Under the pieces are notes generated by a model that worked only from the letters and a program-made list of their open reading frames with translations, made no database searches and was not told where the DNA came from. Of a DNA stretch of 64,000 nt, positions 1 to 12,321 are shown piece by piece; position 1 is the stretch's first letter, and each line of letters begins with the position of its first letter. This stretch comes from Monocercomonoides exilis PA203. Taxonomy: Eukaryota > Protista > Preaxostyla. Both the position numbers and the translations under genes were made by a program. The stretch lies in contig LSRY02000017.1 in the NCBI GenBank assembly GCA_001643675.2, positions 496,001 through 560,000 on the forward strand, given 5' to 3'.

Positions 1-939
1 TTTCGACTTCTCCAAAAATCAAAATCAACTTCTTCTTTCTTCTTTAATGGAATTTCTTTCTATTCCAGACTTCTTCGAACATCTCCACAATCTTCACCAC
101 TCCTCCAATTTTGTGCAGGTTTCTGATCCAATTTCGTATGAAGCAGCACTTCGTAACACAAGCCCAATCTGTTTCTGTCTTTCTATTCACAGATAATAAC
201 ATTGAAACAGTTCTAATTGGAAATTTTTACGAGAGATGTTGAAAACAATGAGAGAAACTCCTCGGGGCTTTTTCTTATTTTTAAAAACTGTTTCAACGTG
301 ATCAGAACTCTTGAATATTCTGCATCTTGAACAAATCCAATATGTGTATCCTTCTTCCATTCTGCTCGTTTTTTCTTTTTTGTGAATTCTGCATATTGGT
401 GACATTCCGTCTCTCAGCACAGTGAAACACCAATTTCACGATTTCTCTTCGTTAAAAAAAGGCGCTATTCATCAATGAAATTGACATATCTTTCAGAATC
501 AAATTTGGTACAGACATAAAAAAATGTTGATCATTCCCTTTATCTGTGAAATATTTTTTGATCAAAAAATTGAAAAAAAAACATTTTTTAAACAAGTTTC
601 AACACAAATTGAACAACTTGCAAAAATGAAATAATTCTTTATAAACTGGTGTATGCAATTTGAAATAGTTTTTGAATGATCCGGTGAAATATATTGATAC
701 CGTGAAATTGTCAAAGAATAAAAGAATGGAAAAAAATGCAATAACATTTCAAATAATGAATTATTAAATAAGCTTATTGGGCAAGTTTATTGAACTTTAT
801 TTTTTTCAGATAAAAAATTGGCTGAGTTCAGTTTTATATTGGACACACAAAAAAATTCAATGAACGTTGCATTTTTTTGGGTGATCTTGAACATATCTCT
901 GAAAGAGAAACACTTTTCAAAAATGGGACCGTAAATACG

Positions 940-968
<29 letters not shown>
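940..968. repeat. Poly(A) tract
   Basis: An uninterrupted run of about 29 A upstream of VAMP7. Similar T-runs occur at about 33788-33819 and 51643-51677. Confidence 0.9.
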
Positions 969-971
<3 letters not shown>

Positions 972-1222
972 AGAAACTTCACTTGGAAGATGGAGTGGGG
1001 AGGGGTGTGGTGAGAAAGAGGACATTATTATTCATAAATAGAAATTGAGGTTGATAATTAGTTTTTGATATTTTGGAGCTTGGCAAATACAAAAAAAATG
1101 CGACCATTATTGAAGCAAATTGATCATAAAATTGTTTGAGATTTTTTGAGAATTTATATTTTTAAAAACACTTTTTCTCAAAAATATCTTCTTTTTTAAA
1201 TAATGACAAACTTTTATTTAAG

Positions 1223-2177
1223 ATGCCGATCATTTTTTCTCTTGTAGCTCGTGGGCAATATATCATTGCAGATGCATCTCAGCAATCTGGAAACTTCAAG
1301 CAAGTTGCACAACGAATTCTTGCTAAAATGTCTCAAACAGATTCTAAGATGTCGTATCAACATGACGAGTGTGCATATTTTGTTTTAAGTCGCATTATTT
1401 TATTATTTTTTTTTTCATGGGAATATATTTTGTTCATTTTTAAGATATACTTTTCACTATGAAGTGAGCAATCAATTAGTTTTTATGTGCTTGACAGACC
1501 ACAATTTTGATAGAAGAGTTGCCTTTTCATTTTTGTCTGATGCAAAACAATTGTTCATTTCAAGATACGGTGTATCTGTAGATATTTCAAGTAGTTATCA
1601 ATTCCGTGATTTCAACGGTGAACTGAAAAGATTAATGAACCAATTTTCTGCACAATCCAGTGATCGTATTGCTCGAGCAAAAGCCGATGTTGATGTTCTT
1701 CGGGGTGCTGTTGAAGAAAACATTGGTTTGAGCTGTTTTTACGAAAAAGAAGAATTACCATTTTTTTATGTGATAAATATTTCAATTTTTACATTTATTA
1801 TCTTTCATCATTTTTTTAAAATTTATTTGAACATTTCAGATAGGATATTGGATAGACAAGAAAAAGTTGAACTTTTAGTTGATCGTTCTGAATCATTAGC
1901 ACAAGGCTCAATCCAGTTTAGAAAAAAGAGCACACAACTGAAAAAGTCTATGTGGTGGAAAAATTGTAAACTGTGGATTGTAATAATTATTATACTTCTG
2001 GTTTGGCATTTTCCTTTCAAATACCAATTTATTTTAAATAATTTCATAACTTTGTATTGTTCGTACTTCTTGAACTCATTTTGCACAATTATTTAGATTT
2101 TAATTTTCTTTGTGGTTGTTGTGGCATGTGGCGGATTTACGTTTTCTAGGTGTAGAAAACAGGACGACAAGAAATAA
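1223..2177 (+). CDS. VAMP7: VAMP7-type longin R-SNARE (4 exons)
   Basis: Longin N-terminus (MPIIFSLVARG...YTFHY...FMCLTD...RRVAFSFL), R-SNARE core (ENIDRILDRQEKVELLVDRSESL) and MWWKNCKL plus a C-terminal TM. Joined through GT-AG introns at about 1369-1444, 1726-1839 and 2001-2096; stop TAA 2175-2177. Confidence 0.92.
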
Positions 2178-2853
2178 GTTATAAAAGATTTTGTCTATCT
2201 TTTTTTCTATAAATCAATTTATTTTTTTTGTGACCATTTAAAAGTTCCATAAGAATTATAAGCTTATTGTTGAATACAATAAATATTTCAGAATGTTCAA
2301 TATTTAAGAAACAAAAATTGTCAAAATAAGAATATGGAGCAGCTTTTCTTTCTTTCATTTTTTTATTTGAATGACACATTCATTGCAATTTATTTTTTGA
2401 GCGTTTCTTGAGCAGATATAAACTGTTCAAATTTTGTTTTTAAGCCTCTCTTTTTCTTTTATTTTTTCTTTCAGTGAAATGAACATTTCCGATATGCAAC
2501 ATATTCAAATACTACACAAATCAACAGTGCTTATCACATATTATTTGTAATGTGCATAAGTATTTTTTATTTCATTTACTCCTTGCAACATACACTTTTG
2601 TTTGCATTAAGCTGATGAACACACACGTCTGCTAAAACCACAATACAACAAAAAAGGAGCAATATTAGAAACATTTGTTTATTTTCTTTTAAGCTGAAAA
2701 TGATTGAATTCAACAATTTTTGTTCTGTTCGTTCATAAATCAAAAAAGGTTAATGAAATAATTCAAAGTTAGCATAAAAGAGTGAAGCGTAATGTGAAAA
2801 TAAAAACTGAAAATCACTGAAAGTGAAGATACAAAGAATAAATGGTGAAGTGT

Positions 2854-5800
2854 CTATTTCTTTGCAAATGGATTTCTTGGGCGAACAGGCTTTGGAGGCT
2901 GCTGTTGAACGTCCTTCTCTTGTTTCACTTCTGGTGCATCAAACAGATTTGTTTCTGGCACCTCTTTTGCTTCACTTTCTGATGGAGCAAAAAGAGATGA
3001 AGACGAATCCAAGGAAGAAGAAGAAGATGATGAGAGCAATGTCTCTTTGTCCAAATCCAATGACTCATCAGATGGTTGATGCTCGTTTATATCAACAGTA
3101 GACGATGCTGGAGGATCACCCGAAAGCTGAAGAGACGAAGGAGCATCAGTTTCTTTGTGAGTTTCTGTTGCTTGTGGTTCATCTGTCATATTTCCTTGGT
3201 CCAATTCTTCTTCAAACTCAGGAGCAGAAGCAGACGAAGAAAGCAGCCCTCCGGGTGAAGTAGCAATTTCTGATTCTTTCTTTGAATTTCCTTTTGTCAA
3301 AAGTGTGGATTGTTGTTTTGGTTTTGTTGTTCTTGTTCGTTTTCTTGGCGATGTGACTGCAGAACTTGACTTGTTGAATGGATTAATGATCGAAGGAAGT
3401 GGATCCTCCTCCGAAGATGGTGTTGCCGAAGATGAAGCGTGCTGCTTTGGCTGTACAGATGACGATGAACCATCGAGCGTTGGTTGTTTCAATGTTTTTG
3501 TTTTTGAGATAAATGTGTTCACTTGAGTTTTCATCGCCAGAAAATCACTGAAAATAAGATATTTAAACAATACCAAAAAGTACGCATTAAACAGAAACAT
3601 TAAATCCAATAGAGTTGGACACACTTTCTTAATGTATCATATGCTTTTTTGTTTTGTTCGATTTGTTTTGCTTGCTCAACAATTATCTTTCGAAGTTGAT
3701 CAGTTTCCAAAAGGATATCTTCCTTTTTCAAGCCTCCCAATGCATCACTTTCAATTAGTGATTCTGCAATTGAAGCTTGTTGCTTATCTGATGAAACAAG
3801 TTTGAAAAATAAAAAAATCAAAAAATCAAAAAATCAAAAAATCAAAAAATCAAAAAATCAAAAAATCAAAAAATCAAAAAATCAAAAAATCAAAATATGT
3901 ACAATGATGTTGTCACACCTCCAGCAGCAGATATCCCCGATCCTCCACCAGCCATCATCAACACAGTCTGTGGGTCGCTTGACCCCATTCTGTTACAACC
4001 AAGTTGACGCAGATTGTCGTATTTCTGATCGGGGAATCGAGTTTTCATAAGCAAGTCAATTCGATCTTGCATTGGTTTCGTCTTTGAACGGAAAGCAAGT
4101 GTTCGAACACCTTCAAGTGCAATTCTGTTATATATTGATGACGAAATTTCATAAGCACGTGCTGGTTTTTGAGATGCAAGTGAAAGCTGTAAATAATAAA
4201 TTACAAATATTCAATCAACAATCAGAGACATCGAATGAAACATAGATTGAAAAAAATTAATTAGAGACTTTTTGAAAAAAAAATATACAAACTCCAGCCA
4301 TTTTTACATAATTGGTATCAAGCGATGCTTCCTCATTTCTTATCTGTTTGAGTGTTGGCGCTCTGCTTTTAACGATATCTGCTCCAACCCCAACACTTGC
4401 CTTGTCCATTCCTTTGTTAATGCCTCCACCAACAGATGCATGTAATGGATCAGTTCTCCACCATTTGCCTTCAATTCGATTAACTCCGACAGCTTCAACA
4501 AAGGCTTGTTCTCTGTGTTGAGACATCAATGCCAATTTCAATTCGCCGCGTGCTGCTTCTTCTTCCAAACGAGCAGTTGTTGACTGAGTATCCAAAAAGT
4601 TGAGAGAGAAAGGAATCGAACGAGACGGAAGTACTTTTTCTGTCAGCGGAGGATATCCAATCGAGCGAGGGCATGCAATACACAACACTTCACTTTCTCT
4701 ACATCCATAAATCCAAAGCGACTCAGCTCTGCTTTGCACACTCATTGTCAGATCACAGATTGGTATCCACAAGTCTCCCCATGCTTCAACAAGAATTCTG
4801 ACAATTCCTGATGAGTCGCAAGAGACAAGTGCACCTCCATCAGTAAATCCCAACCATGTTAAATGCGATCCAGCTGAAATCGGAACGCTTCCACTCTTTT
4901 GAGGAGCACCAAATGCGGATGATGGAGAATAGATTTCATAAGTGAGAGATGGTGTGAGTACAGATGATGATGAACCTGATTCATCCGAAGAAGATGAGCC
5001 AGCCTCTTTCTTCATAGAAATAGGAGGAGCTGAGTGATAGCAAACAGCAAATCTTCTATAACCGCCAGCAATACAAACAACAGAAACCGGAACAGAGAAA
5101 CACAGTTTCTGCTGGCCAGTCGGAGTGAATACGCGAATTAGTCCTGTGTTTGTCAGAGCAGCAACATATGAATCACCCACAGCTAATCCAATCACGAAAT
5201 CAGGGCAATTCAAAGTCCAATCGCTTTTATCTGCCCATTTTTGGAAAGCCTTGAAGTATAGAACGTTTTCGCTTGCTAAAAAAAAAAGTTAAAAGGAATT
5301 TTTGTTATTAAATGAATATCAAGCAAAACAAAAATAGTTATTCCCAAAATGTATTTGTGCTCAAACCCTTATCTTTCCCTTTCTTTTGCTGCGTAAGCGA
5401 TAAAGGAGAAAAGAAAGCAGCACCAGAACTTCCCATTGCTGCAAGAGTAAAGTTGTAATGATCCAACATTCTCATATTTGGTATGGCGGAGTCAGTGAAT
5501 TCTATCTCAACGGTCGAGTCGAATTCAGAGATTTTTGTTGTCATTATGTGTCCTCGTGGAGTGCATGCGAGAAGACGCTTGCTCGAATCAAAGGCAGCTT
5601 CGGTTGAACCAGGCTGGAATGGCTGCTGAATGGAGTAGACTAAATGGAGTGATTAATTAATTAATAAAAATTTGTTTGATAATACAGAAATCACAAACAA
5701 ATTTAAAAAGATTTTAAAAGGTAATAATAATTTCATTCAAAGTTAAAAAAATATAGATGTAGTTTAAACAAACTATCGCTATAAGGAATGAATTGAGTTG

Positions 5801-7490
5801 AGCCAATAACTTCAAGACCATCTCCAGACATATCTGAATTCATTTTGCTTCCAAAACTTCCTGCCTGTTGCATTCCTCCAACAACCGAGCTCCATCCACT
5901 TTTTGGCTTAACTTTGCTTTTCTTTTCATCTTCTTCATCTTCGATCAGGTCTCCTGTTTTGTCAGCAAAAGCTTCATTTAAATCACCTTCATCGTCATTA
6001 TCTTCAATTGAAACATCTCCATCTTCTTCATCAGCTCCAGCTTTCATAATCAAACAAATATTCAATAAACAAACAAACAAAAATAAATAAATAAATCACT
6101 ACCTTTCTTCTTTGTGGCACCATTTCTAACTTTCTTCTTTGATCTTTCGTTGCCTTCATCGTTATTATCGTCACTTTCACTTTCAGATCCTTCTTCGCTT
6201 TCGTCACCATCCTTAAAGATATTCATATCATCAAAAATGCTGTTGTCTTTTTTTCCTTCAAATTTTACATCTTCATCGTCGTCACCAAAGCTGGCCATTT
6301 GTTTCAATAGCTTATGCTTCCGTTTTTCATCTGCTTTTCCTTCCTCTCCATTCAAGTCACTTCCATCTTTTTCGCTTGTAAGAGATGAAACAGCCTCTCC
6401 AGGCAAAACAGGCTTCAAAGGATCAGATCCCAAGAACTGTGTTGTATCCAACACAGAAATCGAAGTGCCAGAAGTGGAAGATGATGATCCTTTTTCTGCC
6501 TTTTTCTCTGCAAATAAGTCATCTGAAGCAAAATCCTGACAGACATTAAGAAGCCCACTGTCGGTTACAAAAGCAATGCCCTGCACTTCTGGTGCATAAG
6601 TTAATCCATATATATTTGATCCATCACTTGAATTTCTCTCTCTTCCAACAGATTCTTTCATGTTTCTAATATCCCAAAGCGAGAATTTCGATGAAGAAGC
6701 AACAACAATGTGATATTTATGCGGGAGCCAATGAACTAAAGTTGTAGGAGATTCAAATGAATCTTCATCTAAATATCCAGCTTTTTGCCAATTTCGTCGA
6801 TCATAAAATTGAACAGTATGTTCCCCAGGCATTGCAAGAACGGTTCCATCAGGAGAAAAAGAATGACGTAAAATTTGAAACGAGCTATTCTCGTCAAACT
6901 GTTCGCAACATCTCAAAGTTTTAACTTTTGCTCGAGCTCCAATATCCCAGATTGAGCATTCACCTTTTGATGATGTTGCAGATATGTAATCTCCACTTGG
7001 ATCATAAGCAGTTGACAAAAATGGTCCCGTTGCGCCAGCCATTTCTTGTGCTGTCCCAGTTGCAGTGTTAACAACCAAAACATTCTCTTCTTCTCCACAG
7101 CAAGAAAGAAATGTTCCACTTTGAGAAAATGATAAATGTCGAGGTGATGCTTTGGTGTAATAAAGAATCTTTTTAAATTCAAAATTCGGAAGAGCAAATT
7201 GAACAAGTGCATTTTCCTGTGTTGCAATGACTGCCCATTGATTCTACAAGAAAAGAATAAAAAATTAAGCAAATATGTTTTGTAATGCAAACCAAAGGTG
7301 CAACAGCGATCGCGTTTATCGCATCTGTGCAAGAGTAAGGCAAAGTCTGGGGTTCTTTTAAATTTCGAAGGTTGTAAAGTCTCATTTCTCCATCACTTCC
7401 AACTGTAGCAATTGAATAAGGTTCATCATCCTTTGGCTTAAATCGAGCTATGTCGCATCTCCCGGCTGAGTGGGCTGGGGTGGAAAGCAT
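2854..7490 (-). CDS. WDHD1: Ctf4/AND-1 (WDHD1) replisome adaptor, multi-exon
   Basis: N-terminal WD40 repeats (IATVGSDGEMRLY, CSIWDI) and an acidic linker. SepB-domain motifs PFQPGST...KRLLAC and WLGFTDGGALVSCDSSGIVRIL. Ends in NPFAKK; no HMG box seen. Confidence 0.88.
3812..3891. repeat. Perfect 8-mer tandem repeat (AAAAAATC)x10 inside a Ctf4 intron
   Basis: Read directly from the sequence; it explains the spurious KIKKSKNQ ORF at 3802. Confidence 0.95.
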
Positions 7491-7689
7491 CGCTATTTTT
7501 CTTTCAAATTTGTTACCACAATTTGTTTTTTGAATAATTATTTTGATTGTTTTCAAATTAATAAATTTTTAAATATTTCATTTGAAGAAAAACAAAGTGT
7601 TCTTTATGTTTCAGTTGTTGTTTGTTTCATTAACTCGATGAAATCCAAACAATATCGGTTATTTTGATCTTTTTAATTGCGTTCGGTGA

Positions 7690-9560
7690 ATGGGCCTTCA
7701 CGTTGTTAATTGTTCATCTGAAGATCCAAACTTTCCATCCCAAAACGCTATTCGAAAAGACGTATGTTATGCTTTTGCTTTAATATTTTTTATTCATAAT
7801 TTCAAAAAATTCACAGCGTTTTTGGAAGACACGCGGATATGTCAGACATGCATCTATCATATTTGATATTAACCCTCCATGTTGCATTCATTCTTTGAAT
7901 TTCACAAACTGTGGCGCAGAAACAATCGAAATATTTTCTTGTTTAGCAAGTGATTCTCTCGATGAATATAGGGTATGCCTTGGAAATTATTTTATATAAC
8001 ATGGAATGTTATATTTTTGAAGACGCTTCTTCAACGTTCAATGCTTTTGACCCCAACAGATATTACTAAAAGAACAAATTCCGAAAGAAACTTTCATTTT
8101 GGAGCTGATGATGTTGCTATTGTTGGATTAAAATCACCAGTCCGTCGTTTAAGAGTTGTTATTTCTACAAGATTCGATAATGACCATCCATATGGATTTG
8201 GAGGTTTTAATGTGGTTCCACTGCTTGATCCGTTAATTGAAAACTTTCTACCAAAGCCAGTTTGTTTATTGCAAATCTAATATGTTATTTTGAGGATACT
8301 AATTTCCTGTTATTTTTTAATTGAAAAAAAAATATATTTCTCAATTCAACTCACTTCTTACAGGCAAAGCCAATAGCTATTCCAGACGAATATAATGTTT
8401 TCACAAAGCATGAATCAGAACTTATGAAATCCATTACATCAAACTTTGTTTCAAAAATCACTTTAGCATCTTTGAATGAAGCTGATGAAGATCCATTTTT
8501 AGATGCTTTGAAAGGAAAAGAAAGAGGTCAAAGCACATCTTCACGGGGGTCATCATCAGCAGCTAATTCTCCAACAAGTTTGTCTTTGAAAGAAAAGCTT
8601 GGTCTTTTAGCAAACATAATGAAAAAGAAAGGAGCTGCTGCAGCTGCAGCTGGTGACGGAGGTGCGAATTCGAATGCATCTTCTCCGCATTCTATTCCAA
8701 AATCTCTTTCCCCATCAAATTCTCCTGCATCGTCTCCAACTACGACATCGCATCCACCTTCTGGATCGTCTTCATCAACCTTTTCTGCATCTTCGCCGTC
8801 TGCTGGGATTGCAGCAAAAAAGGCATTATCACCTTCTTATTCCTCGTCTGCGCCAGCTGCTCGCCCTGGAGACAAAATACCTCCAAAGGGGATGCTTCCT
8901 TCACTCAGCACACTCACACAACCTTCAAAACAACCTTATCACACACAGACTGCATCTCCTTCTGCTTCATCCACGCATCATTTATCAAATGAACCAACAA
9001 AGAGGAAGAGAGAAGATATCGATGAAGATGACAGAGCCATGAAGGAATATGCAAGAAAAGAACCACAAGCGAAAGAAGATGATAGGGGAATGGAGAATAA
9101 GAAAGTTAAGATTGATGACAAAGAAATACTTGTTTGTCAAAATTTCTTCTTTCTCTGTGAATTGCATTTTTAAATTTTTTTCAATATTTGCCATTTCTAA
9201 TGTCATTTATATATATACATACGTGGTGTTGCATTTATGTAGAAAGGGGTGAAGTTTGCGCTGAGTGGCTTCATGGGCCAAGATCGATCCGATTTGCGTG
9301 ATTTGGGAATTAAACTGGGAGCTACCTATGTTGCTGATATGTTTGAATCTTTATTACTGCAAGTTATTTCATTTTGTTTGATAACAATAATTTTCTTTTT
9401 CAGAAACGATCCTTATACACATCTTGTTGCTCGTTATTCAAACACTCCGCGTGTTCAGTCGGCAATTGCAGAGGGCAAAAGAATAGTAAAGAAGGAGTGG
9501 CTAGAACAATGCAGCAAACAGAAGAAGAGGCTGAATGAAAAGGATTTCATTCAAAAATGA
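7690..9560 (+). CDS. XRCC1: XRCC1-like DNA repair scaffold (N-terminal domain + one BRCT), multi-exon
   Basis: Exon 1 MGLHVVNCSSEDPNFPSQNAIRKD resembles the XRCC1 start (HVVSCSSQD). SMLLTPTD...NFHFG and RVVISTRF...PYGF match the NTD. GVKFALSGFMGQDRSDLRDLGIKLGATY...THLV...IVKKEWL matches BRCT1. Confidence 0.85.
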
Positions 9561-9973
9561 ACATCTTCACGATTTATGCATTGGAATAACTTAACTATTT
9601 TGGAGTTTTATAGTAAAATTTTTAAAGTTTGATTTATTGAAATGGAAAACTGTTCTTTGAATTTTCAATTGCATATGTTAATTCATTTATGAAATTGTGG
9701 TATCTGACAACTTAATTTATTGTGCTGAGATTGATGATATATATTTTTTGTTTCAAATACTGTACAAATAAATATCAATTTTAAAGACTAATTCTTTGTT
9801 TAATTCAATAAAAGATGAATGTTTAACAATAAAAATAATAATAAAAAAAAAGAAAATTATATAAACAAATGAACGAAAAAGTTAAAATGTTAAAAAACAA
9901 TCAATAATAATTATTTTTGTTTTATATGATAATTCCAAAATGACGAAATTCCCAAAAGTGTTTATATGCATAT

Positions 9974-12010
9974 TTAATCAACCTCTTCGATCTTTGGACC
10001 AGAAGAAGGTGCAGAGTTGGAACTATTTCCACTGCTTGGTGCACCTCCCATAGGCATTCCTCCCATTCCGCCCATTCCAGGCATGCCACCCATAGGCATC
10101 CCACCCATTCCAGGCATACCGCCCATGGGCATATTTGGCATTCCTCCAGCTGCACCAGCTCCTCCTGCCTGATATGCTTTCATCATGATTGGTTGAGACA
10201 CATCTTCCAATTCTTTCTGCTTCTTCTCATATTCCTCTTTTGGTAAATCAGTGCTTCCACGGATTGATTCCAACCATTCAATAGTTTCGTTAACTTTGGT
10301 TTCAAGTGTTTTCTTATCGTTATCATCGATCTGTAATTTTCCTTCTTTGAGTGTATTTCTCAGAGAGAATGCAAGTCCTTCGAGTCCATTTCTTGCTTCA
10401 ATTGTTTCTTTGACTTTTTCGTCTTCAGCCTTGAATTTCTCTGCTTCAGCAACCATTCTATCAACCTCTGATTGACTCAGTCTTCCTTTATCATTTGTGA
10501 TGGTGATTTTCTCGTGTCTACCGGTAGCTTTATCCTCAGCAGACACTTGAAGAATACCATTTGCATCAATGTCAAACTTAACCTCAATTTTTGGAACTCC
10601 TCTTGGAGCAGGAGCAATACCATCCAATTTGAATGTGCCCAAAAGATTGTTTTGTCTTGTCATCTGCCTTTCTCCTTCATAAACTTTTATAACAACAGAT
10701 GTTTGATTGTCGCTGTATGTTGTGAAATCCTCTGATTTTCCACATGGAATTGGTGAGTTTCTCTTGATCAAAACACACATGACACCACCTGCGGTTTCAA
10801 GTCCAAGTGACAATGGTGCAACATCAATCAACAAAAGATCGTCTCCTTTTGATCCAATGGTTCCTTTCAAAATTGCAGCTTGAACAGCAGCACCATAAGC
10901 AACGGCTTCATCAGGGTTGATGGATTTGCACAATTCTTTTCCTCCAAATCTATCACGAATCAATTGTTGGATGCGAGGAACACGAGTTGAACCTCCGACC
11001 AAAACGATTTCATTGATTTGTGATTTGTCCAATTTTGAGTCCAGCATCGCACGATCCAACGGTTCCAGGCATTTTCTGAATTGTGATTCGCACAATTGTT
11101 CGAATTTTGCACGAGTAATCACGGCGTTGAAATCAAGTCCTTCAAAGAGAGAATCGATTTCAATTGTTGCTTGTGTTGAAGTTGAAAGTGCTCTCTTTGC
11201 ACGTTCGCAAGCAGTTCTCAAACGACCGACTGAGCGGGAGTTGCCCATCATATCTTTCTTGTATTTTCTCTTGAATTCATCTGCCATGTAGTGAGTCAAG
11301 ATGTTGTCGAGATCTTCACCACCACAATGAATATCTCCAGCTGTGGCTTTCACTTCAAAGACACCAGAATCCAAGCACAAAATTGAGACATCAAGGGTCC
11401 CCCCTCCGTAATCGAAAATGAGAACATTCAATTCAGTGTCTTTCTTCTTGTCTAGACCATATGCAATTGCAGATGCTGTTGGTTCGTTGATGATTCTGAG
11501 CACATTCATTCCAGCAATTGTTCCAGCATCCTTTGTAGCCTGACGTTGGCTATCGTTGAAATAAGCTGGGCAAGTCACAACAGCTTCTGTGACTTTATGT
11601 CCAAGATAAGCTTCAGAAATTTCCTTCATCTTTGAGAGCACCATGGAGCTAATTTCTTCTGGCGAAAATTCTTTTGTTTCACCTTTGTACTTGACCTGAT
11701 ACATTGGCTTTCCGTCTTTCTCAATGACTTTGAATGGCCAATGCTTGATATCGTTCTGAATTTCGGAATCTGAGAAACGACGTCCAATCATTCTTTTGCT
11801 ATCAAAGAGAGAGTTTTCTGGGTTCATGTTTCCTTGGTTCTTTGCAGCATCACCAATCAAACGCTCCGTTGGAGTGAAAGCAACCCAGGATGGAGTCGTT
11901 CTATTTCCTTGATCATTTGGGATGATCTCAACAGTTTCGTTTCTCCACACACCAACGCATGAATATGTTGTTCCAAGATCAATTCCGACAGCTGTAGTTG
12001 CTGCACACAT
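9974..12010 (-). CDS. HSP70: Cytosolic Hsp70, intronless
   Basis: [33 protein letters not shown] repeats and C-terminal EEVD. Confidence 0.99.
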   Translation of the reverse strand: MCAATTAVGIDLGTTYSCVGVWRNETVEIIPNDQGNRTTPSWVAFTPTERLIGDAAKNQGNMNPENSLFDSKRMIGRRFSDSEIQNDIKHWPFKVIEKDGKPMYQVKYKGETKEFSPEEISSMVLSKMKEISEAYLGHKVTEAVVTCPAYFNDSQRQATKDAGTIAGMNVLRIINEPTASAIAYGLDKKKDTELNVLIFDYGGGTLDVSILCLDSGVFEVKATAGDIHCGGEDLDNILTHYMADEFKRKYKKDMMGNSRSVGRLRTACERAKRALSTSTQATIEIDSLFEGLDFNAVITRAKFEQLCESQFRKCLEPLDRAMLDSKLDKSQINEIVLVGGSTRVPRIQQLIRDRFGGKELCKSINPDEAVAYGAAVQAAILKGTIGSKGDDLLLIDVAPLSLGLETAGGVMCVLIKRNSPIPCGKSEDFTTYSDNQTSVVIKVYEGERQMTRQNNLLGTFKLDGIAPAPRGVPKIEVKFDIDANGILQVSAEDKATGRHEKITITNDKGRLSQSEVDRMVAEAEKFKAEDEKVKETIEARNGLEGLAFSLRNTLKEGKLQIDDNDKKTLETKVNETIEWLESIRGSTDLPKEEYEKKQKELEDVSQPIMMKAYQAGGAGAAGGMPNMPMGGMPGMGGMPMGGMPGMGGMGGMPMGGAPSSGNSSNSAPSSGPKIEEVD

Positions 12011-12321
12011 TACAATGATATTACAGAATTATTACAAAAAACAATAATAAACTGATCAAGAAAAGCAATTGAGGATATTTATTATGCCAAAAAATTTTTA
12101 TGATGGTCGTGTTCATGTTTCTTTTGAATTTGTGATTATTTCTGTCTCAATAAGCAATTTCATAAATACATAATTAAATAAACTGGAATTCATGACACTT
12201 TAAATTTAAAAATGATGAGATGAAAATTGAGATAAAAAAAAAAAAATACAGGATGTGAAGCGGAAAAATTATCCCTAATCCAACAATAGAGAGAAGAAAA
12301 CAAATTTGGAAAAAAAAATGA

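Noticed and set aside
1-560. Possible coding fragment at the window start (ORF 187-420)
   Set aside because: All frames are interrupted and no motif was recognised; it may be a gene end or relic but cannot be supported.
900-1025. Poly(A) tract as the tail of a retroposon
   Set aside because: No target-site duplication or second copy of the adjacent sequence was found in the window.
3802-4050. KIKKSKNQ repeat protein, or a CRISPR/telomere-like array
   Set aside because: A spacer-less 8-mer intronic tandem repeat; not a telomeric motif or CRISPR.
9974-9976. Alternative genetic code (TAA/TAG = Gln, as in some oxymonads)
   Set aside because: TAA directly follows EEVD in Hsp70 and ends other conserved proteins, and long ORFs lack in-frame TAA/TAG.
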